DNA of 50,718 nt from Lentisphaeria bacterium (GTDB lineage Bacteria > Verrucomicrobiota > Lentisphaeria > JABSQK01 > JAWLHB01). The stretch covers positions 62,001 through 112,718 of the forward strand of contig JAWLHB010000024.1 in the NCBI GenBank assembly GCA_041690595.1, given 5' to 3'. Below the pieces are notes generated by a model, which ran no database searches, was not told the origin of the DNA, and worked only from the letters and a program-made list of their open reading frames with translations. Both the position numbers and the translations under genes were made by a program. Shown piece after piece: positions 31,494-41,582 of the stretch. The stretch's first letter is position 1. The number at the start of each line of letters is the position of its first letter.

Positions 31494-32153
31494 ATGTGGC
31501 AGAAGTCATGCTTGTTTGTGATGGCAATAATGGTGGCAGTCATGTCCACCTCGTGTATGAGCTGGTTTGGCGGCGGAGACGCGAGGGATCCGGCAATGGA
31601 GATTTCGCCTCCGCTCCTTGGCTCTATCATCCCACGCGCCAGCGTCCGTCGCAGTGATGGCAGCGAAGTGGCGATCCAGGCACTGCTGGAGAATCAGCAT
31701 ACGGTACTGATCTTCTACCGAGGCGGCTGGTGCCCCTACTGCATGACACACTTCCAGGAGATTGCCAAGGTGGAATCTCAGCTCATCAAGCTGGGGTACC
31801 AGATCATTGCCGTCAGCCCCGATCAGCCCGAAAAGCTGCGCCAGGTGATGGTCGAGCAGAAGCCCAAGTTCATGCTCGTCTCGGACAGTCGGGTCGATCT
31901 GGCGGACAAGCTGGGTATCGCCTTCAAGGTCGACAAGCCGACGATACAGAAATACGATGAGTACGGCATCGATCTGGAGGCGTGGTCTGGCGAGCGCCAT
32001 CACCGACTGCCAGTACCCGCCGTCTTCCTGGTGGACCCTGCCGGCAGGATCGTCTACCAGCATGTGAATCCCGATTACAAGCAACGGCTGGATGGAGAAA
32101 CGCTGCTGAGCGCCGCCAAAGCCGCTATCGCCACTGAAGCCACCGGGAAGTAG
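31494..32153 (+). CDS. AhpC/TSA-like peroxiredoxin-family protein, probably a lipoprotein
   Basis: FYRGGWCPYC, IAVSPD, LPVPAVFLVD; N-terminal hydrophobic stretch ending STSC. Confidence 0.85.
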   Translation: MWQKSCLFVMAIMVAVMSTSCMSWFGGGDARDPAMEISPPLLGSIIPRASVRRSDGSEVAIQALLENQHTVLIFYRGGWCPYCMTHFQEIAKVESQLIKLGYQIIAVSPDQPEKLRQVMVEQKPKFMLVSDSRVDLADKLGIAFKVDKPTIQKYDEYGIDLEAWSGERHHRLPVPAVFLVDPAGRIVYQHVNPDYKQRLDGETLLSAAKAAIATEATGK

Positions 32154-32202
32154 CTACGCCTTTTCCGCAATTCGCCTTTCAACCACAGGGGAGAACGCAT
32201 TC

Positions 32203-34314
32203 ATGGCTCAGTCGCTATTGACCATCGCTTCCGATACCTACTACGTTTCCGTTGACGGTGCCGATACGTGGAGCGGCACGCTGCCGGAACCGAACCCGGA
32301 TCGTACCGATGGCCCCTTCCGCTCGGTCTGGCACGCACAGCAGGTGCTGCGCGCGCTGAAGAGCGCGGGTATGCTACCCGGGCCGGTGCGGGTGCTGCTT
32401 CGTGGCGGGCGCTATCTGGTGCCGAAGCCACTCGTCTTCACACCGGACGACTCGATGCCGGTCACCTATGCCAGCTATCCGGGTGAAGAGGCGGTGCTCT
32501 GCGGTGGGCGGCGGATCACGGGTTGGCGCACGGAAAAGGTTCACGGCGGCGAGGCGTGGGTAGTCGATCTGCCGGATGTGGCCGCGGGCCGCTGGTACTT
32601 CCGCGAGCTTTTCGTCAGCGACCGGCGTCGCCCACGCCCCCGGCTGCCCAAGCAGGGGCTCTACCGGATCACCGATGTACCGGGGCTGAAGGTTCCCTGC
32701 GGATGGGGCGACGGTGACAACCGCCAGTTCCGCCTTGGCGATGGCCAGATGAAGGCCTGGCGGAACCTGACGGATGTGGAGATCGTCGCCTTTCACTTCT
32801 GGATCGACGAACGCTTTCCGGTCTCGGGCTTTGACGAGAAGAGCCAGATGATCAGCTCCTCGCGGGGCAGCTTTGCGCCGCTGGTCGAAGCATCTGGCGA
32901 GAAGCTGGCGCCAGTCTTCATCGACAATGTCTTCGAGGCGCTGACCGAGCCAGGCGAGTGGTACCTCGATCGCGCCGCGGGCAGGCTCTATTACCTGCCG
33001 ATGCCGGGTGAGGATCCGGAAACAACGGCAGTATTTGCGCCGGCGAGCCTGCAGTTGCTGCGCTTGGAAGGCAAACCGGAGCAAGGGAAGCATGTGGAAT
33101 GGCTGCGCTTCGAGAATCTCTCTTTCGAGCACACCGACTGGGTGCAGCCCGGGGATGAAGCAGATCCTACCTGGACCGCCTGGAAAGATGACACGCGCAG
33201 CGTCTCCCGCCATTACCGGGGTAACCGCGCCAGTGCCGCACAGGCCGCGGCAGACCTTCCCGGCGCCATCTCGCTGCGGGGCGCCCGCAACTGCACCTTT
33301 GCTCACTGCCGCTTCGCCCATCTTGGCTGGTACGCGCTCGATATTGGCGACGGCTGCCTGGGAAACCGCATCGTCGGCAACGAGATTTACGATCTTGGCG
33401 GCGGAGGCATTCACCTCAATGGAGCGGCTTTCGAGGAAGCGCCGGAGTTGCGTACGGGGAACACGGCAATCCTCGACAACCACATCCACGAAGGGGGCCG
33501 CGTCTTTCATGCATCGATCGGCATCCTGTCGATGCACGCGTTCGGCAACACGATCAGCCACAACCACATCCACGACTTCTACTACAGCGGCATCTCGTGC
33601 GGCTGGGTCTGGGGCTACAAGCCCAATATCTCCCGCGACAACGTGATCGAGAAGAACCATATTCACGATCTGGGGCATGGCCTGCTTTCGGACATGGGCG
33701 GCATCTACACCCTCGGCGTTCAGCCGGGGACCGTCCTGCGCGGCAACCTGATTCACGATGTAACCAAGCTCAACTATGGCGCCTGGTGCCTCTATACCGA
33801 CGAAGGCAGCTCTCACATACTCCTCGAAAACAACGTCTGCTATCGCACCAATGGCGAGATCTTCCACCAGCACTATGGACGTGAGAATATCGTCCGCAAC
33901 AACATCTTCGCCTTCGGCGGCGAGAGCGTCATGGCCTTCAGCCGCGGTGAAGAGCACAACGGCTTCACCCTGGAGAAGAACATCTTCATCACGCATGGGC
34001 CGCCCATCTACCGGGGCGGCTACAACAACCTGCTCGCCCACCGCAGGATTCGCAGCGACATGAACCTGATCTGGCACAGTAAGGAGGGCAACATCACCTT
34101 CTCCGACAAGGATGGCGATCTGGATTTCGCCGCCTGGCAGGCTCTGGGCCACGATCTCTTTTCGATGTGTGCCGATCCCCAATGCGCCGATCCGGCCAAG
34201 GACGACTTCACCCTGGCGGACTCGTCGCCCGCCTTCGCCCTCGGTTTTCAGCGCATCGACATGAGCGACGTCGGGCCGCGGCAGACGCCCGGGCCGCAGG
34301 CGGCGGCGTCATAG
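32203..34314 (+). CDS. Right-handed parallel beta-helix protein (GH141-like)
   Basis: YVSVDGADTWSG...DGPFRS, LRGGRY, PGEWYLD, YSGISCGWVWGY, LSDMGGIYTLG, YTDEGS. Confidence 0.8.
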   Translation: MAQSLLTIASDTYYVSVDGADTWSGTLPEPNPDRTDGPFRSVWHAQQVLRALKSAGMLPGPVRVLLRGGRYLVPKPLVFTPDDSMPVTYASYPGEEAVLCGGRRITGWRTEKVHGGEAWVVDLPDVAAGRWYFRELFVSDRRRPRPRLPKQGLYRITDVPGLKVPCGWGDGDNRQFRLGDGQMKAWRNLTDVEIVAFHFWIDERFPVSGFDEKSQMISSSRGSFAPLVEASGEKLAPVFIDNVFEALTEPGEWYLDRAAGRLYYLPMPGEDPETTAVFAPASLQLLRLEGKPEQGKHVEWLRFENLSFEHTDWVQPGDEADPTWTAWKDDTRSVSRHYRGNRASAAQAAADLPGAISLRGARNCTFAHCRFAHLGWYALDIGDGCLGNRIVGNEIYDLGGGGIHLNGAAFEEAPELRTGNTAILDNHIHEGGRVFHASIGILSMHAFGNTISHNHIHDFYYSGISCGWVWGYKPNISRDNVIEKNHIHDLGHGLLSDMGGIYTLGVQPGTVLRGNLIHDVTKLNYGAWCLYTDEGSSHILLENNVCYRTNGEIFHQHYGRENIVRNNIFAFGGESVMAFSRGEEHNGFTLEKNIFITHGPPIYRGGYNNLLAHRRIRSDMNLIWHSKEGNITFSDKDGDLDFAAWQALGHDLFSMCADPQCADPAKDDFTLADSSPAFALGFQRIDMSDVGPRQTPGPQAAAS

Positions 34315-36123
34315 GTTGCCGAAGCGTTTGTTCAGCTCCTGGAAGGAGAAATTGATCATCGTCGGCTTGCCGCGTGGGCAGGTGTAGGGCAGCTCGGTCT
34401 GGGAGAGTTCCTGCAACAGATGGCTGATTTCTTCTTCCTTCAGCTCGGTGCGGGCACGGACGGCGGCGCGACAGGCGGCTCCAGCCAGCAGGCGCTGGTC
34501 GATGCGCTTGCGGGCGGGACTGTTCTCCCGCAGGTCGTCGAGCATGTCGCGAAGGAGGCCGCGGATGTTACGCTGGGGAAACTGTGGCGGCACGGCCCGA
34601 ACGATGAAGGTGTTCTGCCCGAAGCTCTCGATATCGAAGCCCATGGCGCCGAACTCTTCGAGGCTTTCGGTGAGGGTGGCGGCATCGGTGGGGGAGAGAT
34701 CGACCGTGACCGGGATCAGCAGCCCTTGCCGCTCGGCAGGCTGAGCGCCGGCACGACGCAGAAATTGCTCGAAGAGGATACGCTCGTGCGCGGCCTGCTT
34801 GTCAATCAGGACCAGCCCCACCGGACCTTCGGCAACCAGGTACTGCTGGTTGAGATGGCCAAGGATGCGCAGATCGGCCAGGCCGACGCTCGGCGACGCC
34901 TCGGGTTGCCGTATCTCCTCCTCAGGGGGAGCGGCAATCACCACCGGCCCGGGAGGCGGTGGGACCGATTGGCTTTCCGCTGCTGGGGCAGTTGGGGCAA
35001 CCTGCCGCGGCACGGCGCCCCGGATGTCCGGCAACTCCTGCTGGCGAGGCGGAGCAGGGGGCGGTGCGGGAGGCGGCGCCAGTACGAACTCCGGCCGATT
35101 CCCCGTCGGCCCGGGCGAGTACTCCCGCCCCGTCGCCACATGGCGCAGCGCCTGGCGCACCGCGTTCGCGACGACGTCGCCGATCAGGCGCACCTCACGA
35201 AAGCGCACCTCGCGTTTCGCTGGGTGCACATTGATGTCGACACGGTCGGTTCCCAGTTCGAGGAAGAGCAGAACCGGCGGATAACGGCCTTTCATGACCA
35301 GCGTATGGTATGCATCGCGGATCGATTGGTAGAGCTGCTGCGCTTCCACCGCACGCCCGTTGACGAAGGTGCGCTGCTCCCGCCGCGTGGTTCGCGTCAA
35401 TCCGGGACGGGCCACGAATCCATGCACCCGAATGCCGGCTTCCTCATGCTGAACAGCCAGCATGCCCTGCATCAGGTCCTTGCCAAGCAGCAGTGTAGCA
35501 CGGGTCCGCAGGTCGCTGCCGGACTGAACGGCAAGGACCTGCCGGCCGTCAAAGTAGAGTTCGAAGGCGACCTCCGGATGGGCCAGCGCCTGGGTCAGGA
35601 CCATCTCCTGCAGGTGGGATTCTTCCGTCTGGACCGTGCGCAGGAACTTACGGCGGGCGGGCATATTGAAGAAGAGGTTGCGGGCGGAAATGGCGGTGCC
35701 GGGGGCGCACCCCGTCGCCTCTACCTGCCGGACTTCTCCCCCGTCGACAACAACGAGCGTGCCCGCCGGGGCATCGTGCAGGCGCGTCTCCAGTCGAAAA
35801 TGGGTGACGGAAGCGATGCTTGGCAGGGCCTCTCCGCGAAAGCCGAGGGTGCCGATTCGCTCGATGTCGGCAGTTTCGCGGATCTTGCTGGTTGCGTGCG
35901 CCTCCAGGCATAGCAGGGCGTCCTCGGCATCCATGCCGCAGCCATCGTCGACCACCCGCACGAGAGAGTGTCCACCGCGCTCCACCGTCACCAGAACACG
36001 CGTGGCGCCGGCATCGAGGGAGTTCTCGACCAGCTCCTTGACGATGGATGCGGGCCGCTCCACCACCTCTCCCGCGGCGATGCGGTTGCTGATCTCCTCA
36101 GGCAGAATCCGAATAATGCTCAT
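34309..36123 (-). CDS. mutL: DNA mismatch repair protein MutL
   Basis: IAAGEVVERPASIVKELVENSLDAGA, DDGCGM, HATSKI, GFRGEAL, DINVHPAKREV; divergent C-terminal motifs. Confidence 0.95.
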   Translation of the reverse strand: MSIIRILPEEISNRIAAGEVVERPASIVKELVENSLDAGATRVLVTVERGGHSLVRVVDDGCGMDAEDALLCLEAHATSKIRETADIERIGTLGFRGEALPSIASVTHFRLETRLHDAPAGTLVVVDGGEVRQVEATGCAPGTAISARNLFFNMPARRKFLRTVQTEESHLQEMVLTQALAHPEVAFELYFDGRQVLAVQSGSDLRTRATLLLGKDLMQGMLAVQHEEAGIRVHGFVARPGLTRTTRREQRTFVNGRAVEAQQLYQSIRDAYHTLVMKGRYPPVLLFLELGTDRVDINVHPAKREVRFREVRLIGDVVANAVRQALRHVATGREYSPGPTGNRPEFVLAPPPAPPPAPPRQQELPDIRGAVPRQVAPTAPAAESQSVPPPPGPVVIAAPPEEEIRQPEASPSVGLADLRILGHLNQQYLVAEGPVGLVLIDKQAAHERILFEQFLRRAGAQPAERQGLLIPVTVDLSPTDAATLTESLEEFGAMGFDIESFGQNTFIVRAVPPQFPQRNIRGLLRDMLDDLRENSPARKRIDQRLLAGAACRAAVRARTELKEEEISHLLQELSQTELPYTCPRGKPTMINFSFQELNKRFGNL

Positions 36124-36860
36124 TTGGCTGGCGGCAGGATGCCGGAAGCGGGTCCGTCGCCCGACGAATAGTCTGGAGCATCCCGCAGGATGGCCTGCAT
36201 GAGCGGATGCTCGCGTAATGGCGCCGCCCATGCGGCATGAGCCGCAATCGGCAGGCGATCCCCCAGAGTGCTCTCCGCCAGTTGAATGTACTCCGCCGCC
36301 TGTTGCGGTTGCGCCTTCATCTGGTACAGGCAAGCCATGATCAAGTGCAGCGGGCCATGATTGGCCGGGTCGATGGCAGCAAGCCCCGCGCGCGCCGTGT
36401 CCATGGCTTCATCCTGCTTGTCTTGAACAAGCTGTACAATCGCCAGATTGCTGTAGCTTGCCACCTGCCGTGGAAGCAGCTCGGGCAGCTGGCTGAAGTG
36501 GCGCTCCGCATCCTCCAGCCTGCCCAGGCGGAACTCCGCCGTCGCCAGCCCCTGCAACGCCTCCGCATGCTGGTTCTCGAGGGCGATAACGCGGGAATAC
36601 TCCGCGACAGCCATCTGGAAGCGTCCGATGCGCAGGTATTCGTTGGCGAGCATGAGGGCCCGCGCCTTTGCCCGCTGCGTCTCCTGCTCACGCGCTTCGG
36701 GTGGAAGCTGCTGCTCGATGTCCATGGCGGCCGGTGTCTCCTGCATCCGGCTGCTCTCGAAGATTGCCGCCGTCAGCAGGATGACCACACTCAATGCCAG
36801 GAGCAGAACGAGAATGCTCCGCTGGATATTCTGGGGCTGTGCGTCCTTCGGGATGGCCAT
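36120..36860 (-). CDS. Membrane-anchored tetratricopeptide-repeat protein
   Basis: N-terminal TM helix then TPR-like repeats (AEALQGLATAEFRLGRLEDAERHF); coupled to mutL by ATGA. Confidence 0.75.
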   Translation of the reverse strand: MAIPKDAQPQNIQRSILVLLLALSVVILLTAAIFESSRMQETPAAMDIEQQLPPEAREQETQRAKARALMLANEYLRIGRFQMAVAEYSRVIALENQHAEALQGLATAEFRLGRLEDAERHFSQLPELLPRQVASYSNLAIVQLVQDKQDEAMDTARAGLAAIDPANHGPLHLIMACLYQMKAQPQQAAEYIQLAESTLGDRLPIAAHAAWAAPLREHPLMQAILRDAPDYSSGDGPASGILPPAK

Positions 36861-36988
36861 GAAAGATTCGCCTCTCCGGGATGACAACTACGCATAGGGA
36901 AGCTATTAGTACGTCTCCGAAATCCTACCATGGAGACTACTGTTACTCTTGCGTACTATACCCTCCGACCTCCAGAAGTAAAGGCCAC

Positions 36989-38557
36989 ATGCAGACGGTT
37001 GTTCCGCCCCTCATTTTCCCCGACGAAGGCTTTACGCTGGATATCTCACACTCCGGAGTCTGCGTCGAGAAGCTCCAGGAGTTGCAGAGCGCCATCGAAC
37101 GCGCCCACCGTGCCATGAAGGCCTTCGAGCGGGGCGACATTGCCAATACCGAGGATGGCACCTCCGTCACCCATGTGGCCGACCGCCTGCGCTACGAACA
37201 ATCGCCCGTCTTTGCCGACATCAACGACTTCTTCCAGCGCCTGCGCCGCGGCAAGTTCTCCGGCGCGACCGGCCGTCCCTTCGCCTATGTGATCATCAAC
37301 GGCATCGGGGGATGCCTGCTCGGCGCCACCATGCTGCACCAGGCACTCCGCGGCGCCTACTGGAACGAAAAGGACAAGTTCGAACGCGACAACTACCCCC
37401 GCCTCTACTTCCTCGACAACAATGACCCCGCCGGCTTTGCCGACCTCCTCGAGATCGTCGACCTCGACCGCACCCTCGTCGTGACCGTCTCCCGCTCCGG
37501 CAACTCCCAGGAGACGCTCAACAACGTGGCCGCCCTCGAGGCAGCCTTCGCCGCCGTCGAGATCGATTTCAGCAAACACGCCTGCGCCATCACCACCGAT
37601 GACAGCGAACTCGATCGCCTGGCCAACCGTAATCACTGGCTCCGCATCTGGTTGATGACTCCCACCATCGGCAGCCGCTTCAGCGTCACCAGCGTCGCCG
37701 GCCATCTTGCCGCTGCCGCCACCGGCCTGGATTTCGGGCTCTTCCTGGACGGTGCCCGCACCATGGACGAATGGACGCGCGAGCGCGATGTGACGGCCAA
37801 TCCCGCTTATCTGCTCGCCGCCACCTGGCACATTCTCGGCGAAGGGCGCGGCGACAAGTCGATGGTCATCGTCCCCTACAGCGACCGCCTCCCCGGCTTC
37901 ACCCGCTACCTTCAGCATCTTGTCATGGAGAGCGTCGGCAAGTACCAGGATCGCCAGGGCAACATGGTCTGCCAAGGTCTCACCGTCTACGGGCACAAGG
38001 GCAGCACCGACACCCATGCGTACATCCAGCAATTGCAGGAAGGGCGCAACGATTTCTTTGTCACCTTCATCGAAGTGCTGCAGGATCGGATGCCCTACAA
38101 TCTCGCGAACAACCTGACGATGGGGGAGCACCTGCACGCGTTTCTGGGGGGCCTCATGCTCTCGCTGTACGCGCGCGACCGCGGCATCGTCTCCATCACC
38201 TTCGAGCGTCTGAACGAGCGGACTCTGGGCATGCTGGTAGCCCTTTATGAACGCGCGGTCGCCGTCTATGCCGAGTTGATCGATGTCAATGCCTACAATC
38301 AGCCCGGGGTCAAAGCCTACAAGCGCATCAGCCGCAACGTCAACGAGATCAACCACGCCCTCCAGCAGTTCATCCGTGACAATCAAGGCTTCCGCGGAAC
38401 CGCGGCCGATGTGGCCAGAGCGGTCGGTCTGGGCGATTGGGAGGAAGAGGTCGACGGCATGCTGGCGAAGTTTGCCGTCAACCTGCGCAGCTTCAACGGG
38501 GTTCGCATCGTACGCGAGTTGCAGGGCCGTCGATGGCGATACACCATCACCTCCTGA
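36989..38557 (+). CDS. pgi: Glucose-6-phosphate isomerase-family protein (divergent)
   Basis: GIGG, FLDNNDP, LVMESVGK, KGSTDTHAYIQQL, NAYNQPGV. Confidence 0.75.
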   Translation: MQTVVPPLIFPDEGFTLDISHSGVCVEKLQELQSAIERAHRAMKAFERGDIANTEDGTSVTHVADRLRYEQSPVFADINDFFQRLRRGKFSGATGRPFAYVIINGIGGCLLGATMLHQALRGAYWNEKDKFERDNYPRLYFLDNNDPAGFADLLEIVDLDRTLVVTVSRSGNSQETLNNVAALEAAFAAVEIDFSKHACAITTDDSELDRLANRNHWLRIWLMTPTIGSRFSVTSVAGHLAAAATGLDFGLFLDGARTMDEWTRERDVTANPAYLLAATWHILGEGRGDKSMVIVPYSDRLPGFTRYLQHLVMESVGKYQDRQGNMVCQGLTVYGHKGSTDTHAYIQQLQEGRNDFFVTFIEVLQDRMPYNLANNLTMGEHLHAFLGGLMLSLYARDRGIVSITFERLNERTLGMLVALYERAVAVYAELIDVNAYNQPGVKAYKRISRNVNEINHALQQFIRDNQGFRGTAADVARAVGLGDWEEEVDGMLAKFAVNLRSFNGVRIVRELQGRRWRYTITS

Positions 38558-38613
38558 CCCTCTTTCGCTTTTTCATTCTACCTATCTCTACCTGATCAAC
38601 AGGAGCTTCCACA

Positions 38614-39576
38614 ATGCGCATACTTTCTGGTATTCAACCCTCCGGCACTCTCCATATCGGCAACTATTTCGGCATGATGCGGCCCGTCATCGAGCTGCAG
38701 GACCAGGGCGATTCCTACATCTTCATCGCCAGCTATCATGCTCTCTCCAGCGACCCCGACCCCGATCTGATCCGCCAGCGCATCCAGAATGTCGCCCTCG
38801 ACTTCCTTGCCTGCGGCCTGGATCCCGCCAAGACGGTCTTCTTCCGTCAGCAGGACGTTCCCGAAGTGACCGAGCTGACCTGGATCCTCTCCTGCCACAC
38901 GCCGATGGGCCTTCTCGAGCGCTGCGTCAGTTACAAGGACAAGGTCAGCCAGGGCCTCAGCGCCAACCACGGGCTTTTTGCCTACCCGGTCCTGCAGGCG
39001 GCCGACATCCTCATCTACAAGTCCAATCTCGTCCCCGTCGGCCGCGACCAGAAGCAACACCTGGAAGTGACGCGGGACATCGCGGTCCGCTTCAACAACC
39101 GCTTCGGCGAGCTGCTCGTCATACCCGAAGCCAGCATCCGCGACGATGTCGCGGTTGTCCCCGGAGTCGATGGGCGCAAGATGTCCAAGTCGTATGACAA
39201 CACCATCGAGATCTTCGGCAAGGAGAAGGCGCTGCGCAAGAGTATCATGCGGGTGATCACCGACTCGACGCCGATGGAAGAGCCCAAGAACCCCGATGCC
39301 TGCAACGTCTTCACCCTCTTCAAGCTCTTTGGAAGCGCCGAGGAGATCGAGAGCCTCCGCGAACGCTACCTTGCCGGCGGCATGGGCTACGGCCACGCCA
39401 AGCAGGAGCTCTTCGACAAGTTCTGGGAGTACTTCCGCCCCATGCGCGCCAGACGCGAGGAGCTTGAGCAGAACCTCGATCACGTCGAGAGCATCATGCG
39501 TCAGGGCGGCGAAAAAGCCCGTGCCCTTGCCTGCCGGACCATGGATGAGGTCCGCCACGCCGTCGGCCTGCGCTGA
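38614..39576 (+). CDS. trpS: Tryptophanyl-tRNA synthetase
   Basis: SGIQPSG, HIGN, YPVLQAADIL, PVGRDQKQHLE, KMSKS. Confidence 0.97.
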   Translation: MRILSGIQPSGTLHIGNYFGMMRPVIELQDQGDSYIFIASYHALSSDPDPDLIRQRIQNVALDFLACGLDPAKTVFFRQQDVPEVTELTWILSCHTPMGLLERCVSYKDKVSQGLSANHGLFAYPVLQAADILIYKSNLVPVGRDQKQHLEVTRDIAVRFNNRFGELLVIPEASIRDDVAVVPGVDGRKMSKSYDNTIEIFGKEKALRKSIMRVITDSTPMEEPKNPDACNVFTLFKLFGSAEEIESLRERYLAGGMGYGHAKQELFDKFWEYFRPMRARREELEQNLDHVESIMRQGGEKARALACRTMDEVRHAVGLR

Positions 39577-39606
39577 TTTGGGCCTTTGGTCGGGTGGTTC
39601 GTCAGG

Positions 39607-40284
39607 TCAGATGATGGTGCACTGGACGCTGCTTTCGATGATACCGGCAGCGATGGCGTAGCGGGTAAGTCCCGCTACGTCATGGATGTTGAGCTTGCGC
39701 ATCACGCTCTGACGGTGCTTTTCGACAGTCTTGATGCTGATGTCGAGTTCGCTGGCGACCACCTTGTTGGCATGGCCTTCCACGATGAGTTGGAGGACTT
39801 CCCGCTCGCGGGAGGTGAGGTGTACCGTCGGAGGACGATGGCGATTCGCCCGTGCCGGGGTATCCAGCGACAGCGTATTCATCCGCTTGGTGATGATGGG
39901 GCTGTAGTAGTTCTTGCCGCTGGCTACGGTTCGGATTGCTTCCCCCAGGATGTGGGCCGAGCTTTGCTTGACCAGGTATCCCGAAACGCCCATGGCGACG
40001 ACTTGCTCCACATAGGCATCGTCGCCATGCGCGGAGAGAATGATCACTTTCGGCGGGGAGGGTGCCTGGAGTATGCGCCGGGCGGCTTCCAATCCATTGA
40101 GGCGGGGCATGGCCAGGTCCATGACGATGATGGCCGGCTTCAGCTCCTCGGCCAAGGCAATGGCCTGCATGCCATCGGCCCCCTCGCCGATCACCTTGAT
40201 GCCGTCTTCGAGGTCGAGCAGGTGGCGCAGCCCCTCTCTGACGATCGTGTGATCCTCAACCAGTAATACTGTTATCGTCTTCAT
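39607..40284 (-). CDS. NarL/FixJ-family response regulator (REC plus LuxR HTH)
   Basis: VLLVEDHTIVREG, MDLAMPRLNG, LTSREREVLQLIVEGHANK...ISIKTVEKHR. Confidence 0.95.
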   Translation of the reverse strand: MKTITVLLVEDHTIVREGLRHLLDLEDGIKVIGEGADGMQAIALAEELKPAIIVMDLAMPRLNGLEAARRILQAPSPPKVIILSAHGDDAYVEQVVAMGVSGYLVKQSSAHILGEAIRTVASGKNYYSPIITKRMNTLSLDTPARANRHRPPTVHLTSREREVLQLIVEGHANKVVASELDISIKTVEKHRQSVMRKLNIHDVAGLTRYAIAAGIIESSVQCTII

Positions 40285-40315
40285 GATATTCCGCTTCATA
40301 AAGGGAGGGTGGCAT

Positions 40316-41455
40316 TCAACTATCTTCTTGGGAATTGCCTGGCTGGATGACTGTCTGGCGGGATCGGCTTCGCCTGGTGTTGGACTTGCCTTTCTTCCCA
40401 TTGCTCAGGGGAAGCTGCGCGCGGATGGTGGTTCCGGTGCCGGCTACCGATTCGATATGGAAGGTGCCGCCGACGATTTCGACCCGCTCGCGCATGCCGA
40501 GGATGCCCAGCCGCTCGCGACCCGTCGGATTGAGCGCCCTGGCGACGTCGAAACCGGTGCCGTTGTCGCTGATCTCCAAGTTGATGCCATCGTCCGGGAG
40601 GCGTAGCGAGACGACCACGACAGTGGCCTTGGCGTGCTTCTGGATGTTGGTCAGCGCCTCTTGGGCGATGCGATACAGGACCGTTCGCCGAATGCCATCG
40701 AGGTGGTCGATCCGATCGGCGGTGACGGTGTTGAAGCGGATGAGCAGCCCCGATTGATTGCCCACCTCCTTCAGAAACGCGAGCAGAGCGGGAACGATGC
40801 CGAGGTCGTCCAGCATAGCCGGTCGCAGATCACGCGCAAAGCGATGGACGACGGCGACGGATTTCTCGACCAGCCGCTGGGCCGTGCTGATTTTCCGCTT
40901 CAAGTTACCCGTATTCTTCGTTGCCTCAACAGTGAGCGCCGCCAAGTGCATGTTGATGCCGGTCAGAATCTGGCTGATCTCATCATGCAGCTCGCGACTG
41001 ATCATCTTGCGCTCTTCTTCCTGCGCCAGCAGAATCTGGTGCGTCAGTCGGCGCAGTTGGCTCTGCTGCAGACGGGACTGTTTGAGCAGGGCGTTGAATT
41101 CGCGGCGGCTCTCCTTGAGGGCGGACTCCGCCTTGACGCGTCGTGCCGTTTCCCGCTGGAGCCGGCGGTCGGCGGCGCTGCTCTGCGTGGCCGCGACGGG
41201 CGTGAGGACATCCCGAAAGAAGGTTCCGGCGCGCAGGATGGTGGCGCTGCCGTCCTCCTCCGTATGAACGGGAGAGATGACGGCCAGGAGTGCCTGCTCA
41301 TGGACGTTGGCCAGTTCCACGGTCCCCATGCCGAGGCGAACGGCCTGGCGGCCAAGCTGACCGGCCCGGCCCGCTTTCGAGGTCTGGTCATCCGCAAGGA
41401 ACGTCCTCAACGAAACCAGGTAGCGCTCGGCGTATCGTTCCGAGCTTGTCTTCAT
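40316..41455 (-). CDS. Soluble HisKA_3 histidine kinase with an RsbU-N-terminal-like input domain
   Basis: EEERKMISRELHDEISQ H-box, YRIAQEALTNIQKHA, DNGTGF, LGILGMRER; no TM segment; N-terminus resembles RsbU_N. Confidence 0.88.
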   Translation of the reverse strand: MKTSSERYAERYLVSLRTFLADDQTSKAGRAGQLGRQAVRLGMGTVELANVHEQALLAVISPVHTEEDGSATILRAGTFFRDVLTPVAATQSSAADRRLQRETARRVKAESALKESRREFNALLKQSRLQQSQLRRLTHQILLAQEEERKMISRELHDEISQILTGINMHLAALTVEATKNTGNLKRKISTAQRLVEKSVAVVHRFARDLRPAMLDDLGIVPALLAFLKEVGNQSGLLIRFNTVTADRIDHLDGIRRTVLYRIAQEALTNIQKHAKATVVVVSLRLPDDGINLEISDNGTGFDVARALNPTGRERLGILGMRERVEIVGGTFHIESVAGTGTTIRAQLPLSNGKKGKSNTRRSRSRQTVIQPGNSQEDS

Positions 41456-41496
41456 GTCAGGGTACCCCCAAGAGCCACTTTTGTAGTTACCAACCT

Positions 41497-41540
41497 ACTA
41501 TACCCGTTCAACAGGGTCGCGCAATAGGGTAAAACCCACC
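41497..41540 (-). promoter_or_regulatory. Putative regulator box and -10 element for the kinase/regulator operon
   Basis: Minus strand GGTGGGTTTTACCCTAT (41540-41524); TATAGT starts 22 nt after the last base of the box. Confidence 0.45.
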
Positions 41541-41582
41541 CCCCCTCCTGGCGGGTGAGCAATCCCGCATGGAGGTCGATTG

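Noticed and set aside
36907..36958. Short inverted repeats in the TPR/pgi divergent region
   Set aside because: Only 6-7 bp arms; not distinguishable from background
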